A stretch of 36,062 nucleotides of DNA from NCBI GenBank assembly GCA_005800795.1, contig SYEN01000232.1, positions 1-36,062 of the forward strand, in the 5' to 3' direction. The position numbers were made by a program, and so were the translations under genes. Positions 34,585 through 36,062 of the stretch are shown piece after piece. The notes beneath the pieces are model-generated. The model did no database searches. It saw only the letters and a list, made by a program, of their open reading frames with translations, and had not been told where the DNA came from. Position 1 is the first letter of the stretch; every line of letters begins with the position of its first letter. Source of the DNA: Burkholderiales bacterium. GTDB taxonomy: Bacteria; Pseudomonadota; Gammaproteobacteria; Burkholderiales; SG8-41.

Positions 34585-35313
34585 CTAGATTTTGACCTCC
34601 GCCGCCAGCACTTCCGCTACATGCAACACCTGCGTCGAGGTATCACCGCGCCGCCGCAAGCGGCCTTCGATATTGAGCATGCAACCCAAGTCGCCCAACA
34701 CCACCGCGTCCGCGCCGCTGGCTTTGATGTTGTCGCATTTGCGGTCGGCGATGTGCGTGGAGATATCGCCATACTTCACCGCAAAGGTGCCGCCGAAGCC
34801 ACAACAGGTTTCACACTCGTCCATTTCCTTCAACGTGAGACCTTTTACTGTTGCCAGCAGCGCGCGCGGTTGCGCTTTCACCCCCAGCTCGCGCAGGCCT
34901 GAACAGGAGTCATGGTAAGTAATTGTTTTTATTGACTTTTTAACTGGCGGAGAAAACTTCATCACGTCCACCAAGAATTCCGTCAGTTCGTAAGTGCGCG
35001 CGCATAACGCATCCACGCGCGCGCGCTCCGGCTGATCGTGAAACAAATCGGGGTAGTGCGTGCGAATCATGCCTGCGCACGACCCTGAAGGCGCCACCAC
35101 GTAATCAAAATCCTCGAACTCGGCGAACACCTTGCGCGCCAATGCCAGGGCGGATGCGCGATCACCCGAGTTGTAACCCGGCTGCCCGCAACAAGTCTGC
35201 GTATCCGGAACGATCACTTCGCAGCCCGCTGCCTCCAGCAACTCAAGGGCTGCGAAGCCGATGCGGGGACGCATCAGGTCGACGAGGCAGGTGACGAACA
35301 GGCCGACTCGCAT
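34585..35313 (-). CDS. LutA/YkgE-like (Fe-S)-binding CCG-domain protein
   Basis: MRVGLFVTCLVD...CCGQPGYNSG...YHDSCSG...CCGFGGTF has two CCG motifs. I prefer ATG 35313 (TGATG overlap with the upstream gene) to the track start at 35343. Confidence 0.8.
   Translation of the reverse strand: MRVGLFVTCLVDLMRPRIGFAALELLEAAGCEVIVPDTQTCCGQPGYNSGDRASALALARKVFAEFEDFDYVVAPSGSCAGMIRTHYPDLFHDQPERARVDALCARTYELTEFLVDVMKFSPPVKKSIKTITYHDSCSGLRELGVKAQPRALLATVKGLTLKEMDECETCCGFGGTFAVKYGDISTHIADRKCDNIKASGADAVVLGDLGCMLNIEGRLRRRGDTSTQVLHVAEVLAAEVKI
34915..34943 (+). repeat. AT-rich motif family, copy i, inside the LutA-like CDS
   Basis: ggtaagtaattgtttttattgacttttta is an AT-rich patch in a GC-rich gene. It is read on the minus strand as VKKSIKTITY. 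The 22 nt at 34920-34941 are identical to 13394-13415. Confidence 0.7.
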
Positions 35314-36062
35314 CAGCGATACAGCCCCTTCTTCACCAACCACTCCTGAATCAAATCCGCCACCTGATCACTATTGCGATCCATCATGATCATATGCGAA
35401 TTACCCTTGATCCCGGCTTGCGGAAGATTGATCGCCTCAAAACTTCCGCCTGCCGCCTTGATCTGTTCGCCAAACTTCATCTGATTGGCGCGGATTGTCG
35501 GCCAGCGCGAGTCTTCCTCGATGTAATCGCCATACACAGCGAGTATCGGCGTGTTCTTCAGGTTGGCCACAAGCTTGGCGTCGCCAGGCCCAGCAGGCTC
35601 CACCAGCACCAGCGCCTTTACCTTGTCCGGGCGCGCCTGCGCGACGCGTTGTCCAAAGGGGCCGGACTGCGAATGCACCAGCACCACGCACGGGCACACC
35701 TTATCGACCAGCTCGGTATATGCGCGGATGATGGCGTCGTCGGTGGTCACCCAGCGCGGCACGCCCTGTTTGGTGAAATTGTTATAGCCCTCGGCGGGGA
35801 ACTGGCTGCCAGGCTTCAACCGCATCTTCGCCGGATCGCTGTCATACGACCCCGGACCCGCGCCAATGCGAAAGCGGTTAAACGGATCGGCCTTGGTCAA
35901 AAACACGGGCTCGCCCTTGAACACATCCGGGTACATCGCCCAGCCGCTGCGACCACGCTCGACGGCATCGGAGTTGTAAACCGGCCAGCCCTTCTTGATG
36001 AAATAATTCATCCAGCCCTCACGGCCATCCGGCGTGGTCTCGTAAGTCACGCCGGTCAGTCC
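35313..36062 (-). CDS. Alpha/beta-hydrolase fold protein, 5' end probably beyond the window
   Basis: Nucleophile elbow VLVHSQSG and C-terminal GNSHMIMMD (catalytic His region). The frame remains open from 36050 to the window end. Confidence 0.65.
   Translation of the reverse strand, partial: GLTGVTYETTPDGREGWMNYFIKKGWPVYNSDAVERGRSGWAMYPDVFKGEPVFLTKADPFNRFRIGAGPGSYDSDPAKMRLKPGSQFPAEGYNNFTKQGVPRWVTTDDAIIRAYTELVDKVCPCVVLVHSQSGPFGQRVAQARPDKVKALVLVEPAGPGDAKLVANLKNTPILAVYGDYIEEDSRWPTIRANQMKFGEQIKAAGGSFEAINLPQAGIKGNSHMIMMDRNSDQVADLIQEWLVKKGLYR

Noticed and set aside
34585-35313. lutABC lactate-utilisation operon
   Set aside because: Only a LutA-like CCG protein is present. The neighbours are an alpha/beta hydrolase and a TcuA-like flavoprotein, not LutB or LutC, so I assign no lut gene symbol.
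1-36062. CRISPR arrays, tRNA/rRNA genes, integrases, transposases and toxin-antitoxin pairs
   Set aside because: I found no regularly spaced direct repeats with unique spacers, no cloverleaf-like or rRNA-like segments, and no ORFs with recombinase or transposase motifs on either strand.

Overview
This is a high-GC segment that looks betaproteobacterial (Burkholderiales-like). The clues are many orphan Bug/TctC-type periplasmic binding proteins and REP hairpins of the CCGTCATTCCCGCGCAGGCGGGAA type. I support about 31 protein genes. I found no rRNA, tRNA, CRISPR array, integrase, transposase or transcription-factor gene. Gene content, left to right: glcD (partial), glcE and glcF (glycolate oxidase); a GMC oxidoreductase; a solitary N4/N6-type DNA methyltransferase; a minus-strand cluster of CMD-family, ThDP-enzyme and MmgE/PrpD genes; a translationally coupled periplasmic trio (amidohydrolase, small His/Met-rich protein, di-haem peroxidase); NIPSNAP; two tandem Bug genes; a cyclase-family hydrolase; a SAM methyltransferase with a C-terminal regulatory-type domain; a flavin reductase; a third Bug gene; a frameshifted Tat-amidohydrolase; an acyl-CoA synthetase; pirin; a fourth Bug gene; an MFS transporter; a decayed Bug-like gene; a visibly lower-GC island (M15 endolysin-like peptidase, lipoprotein, OMPLA-like phospholipase); a ketopantoate-reductase-family gene; a DEDDh exonuclease; an Ldh_2 oxidoreductase; a TcuA-like flavoprotein; a LutA-like Fe-S protein; and a partial alpha/beta hydrolase. 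The most unusual signal is the 131-bp leader of the orphan methyltransferase gene. It holds nine GTAC palindromes, five of them in exact 10-bp register, and a (GC)8 tract follows early in the ORF. I read this as a candidate methylation-coupled, possibly phase-variable, regulatory module. Other unexplained structure: a 22-28 bp AT-rich motif family with nine copies, one inside a CDS; REP-like inverted doublets; a palindromic element inserted in frame into glcE; and the low-GC envelope-degrading island. All functional calls rest on motif recognition by eye; no database search was possible.
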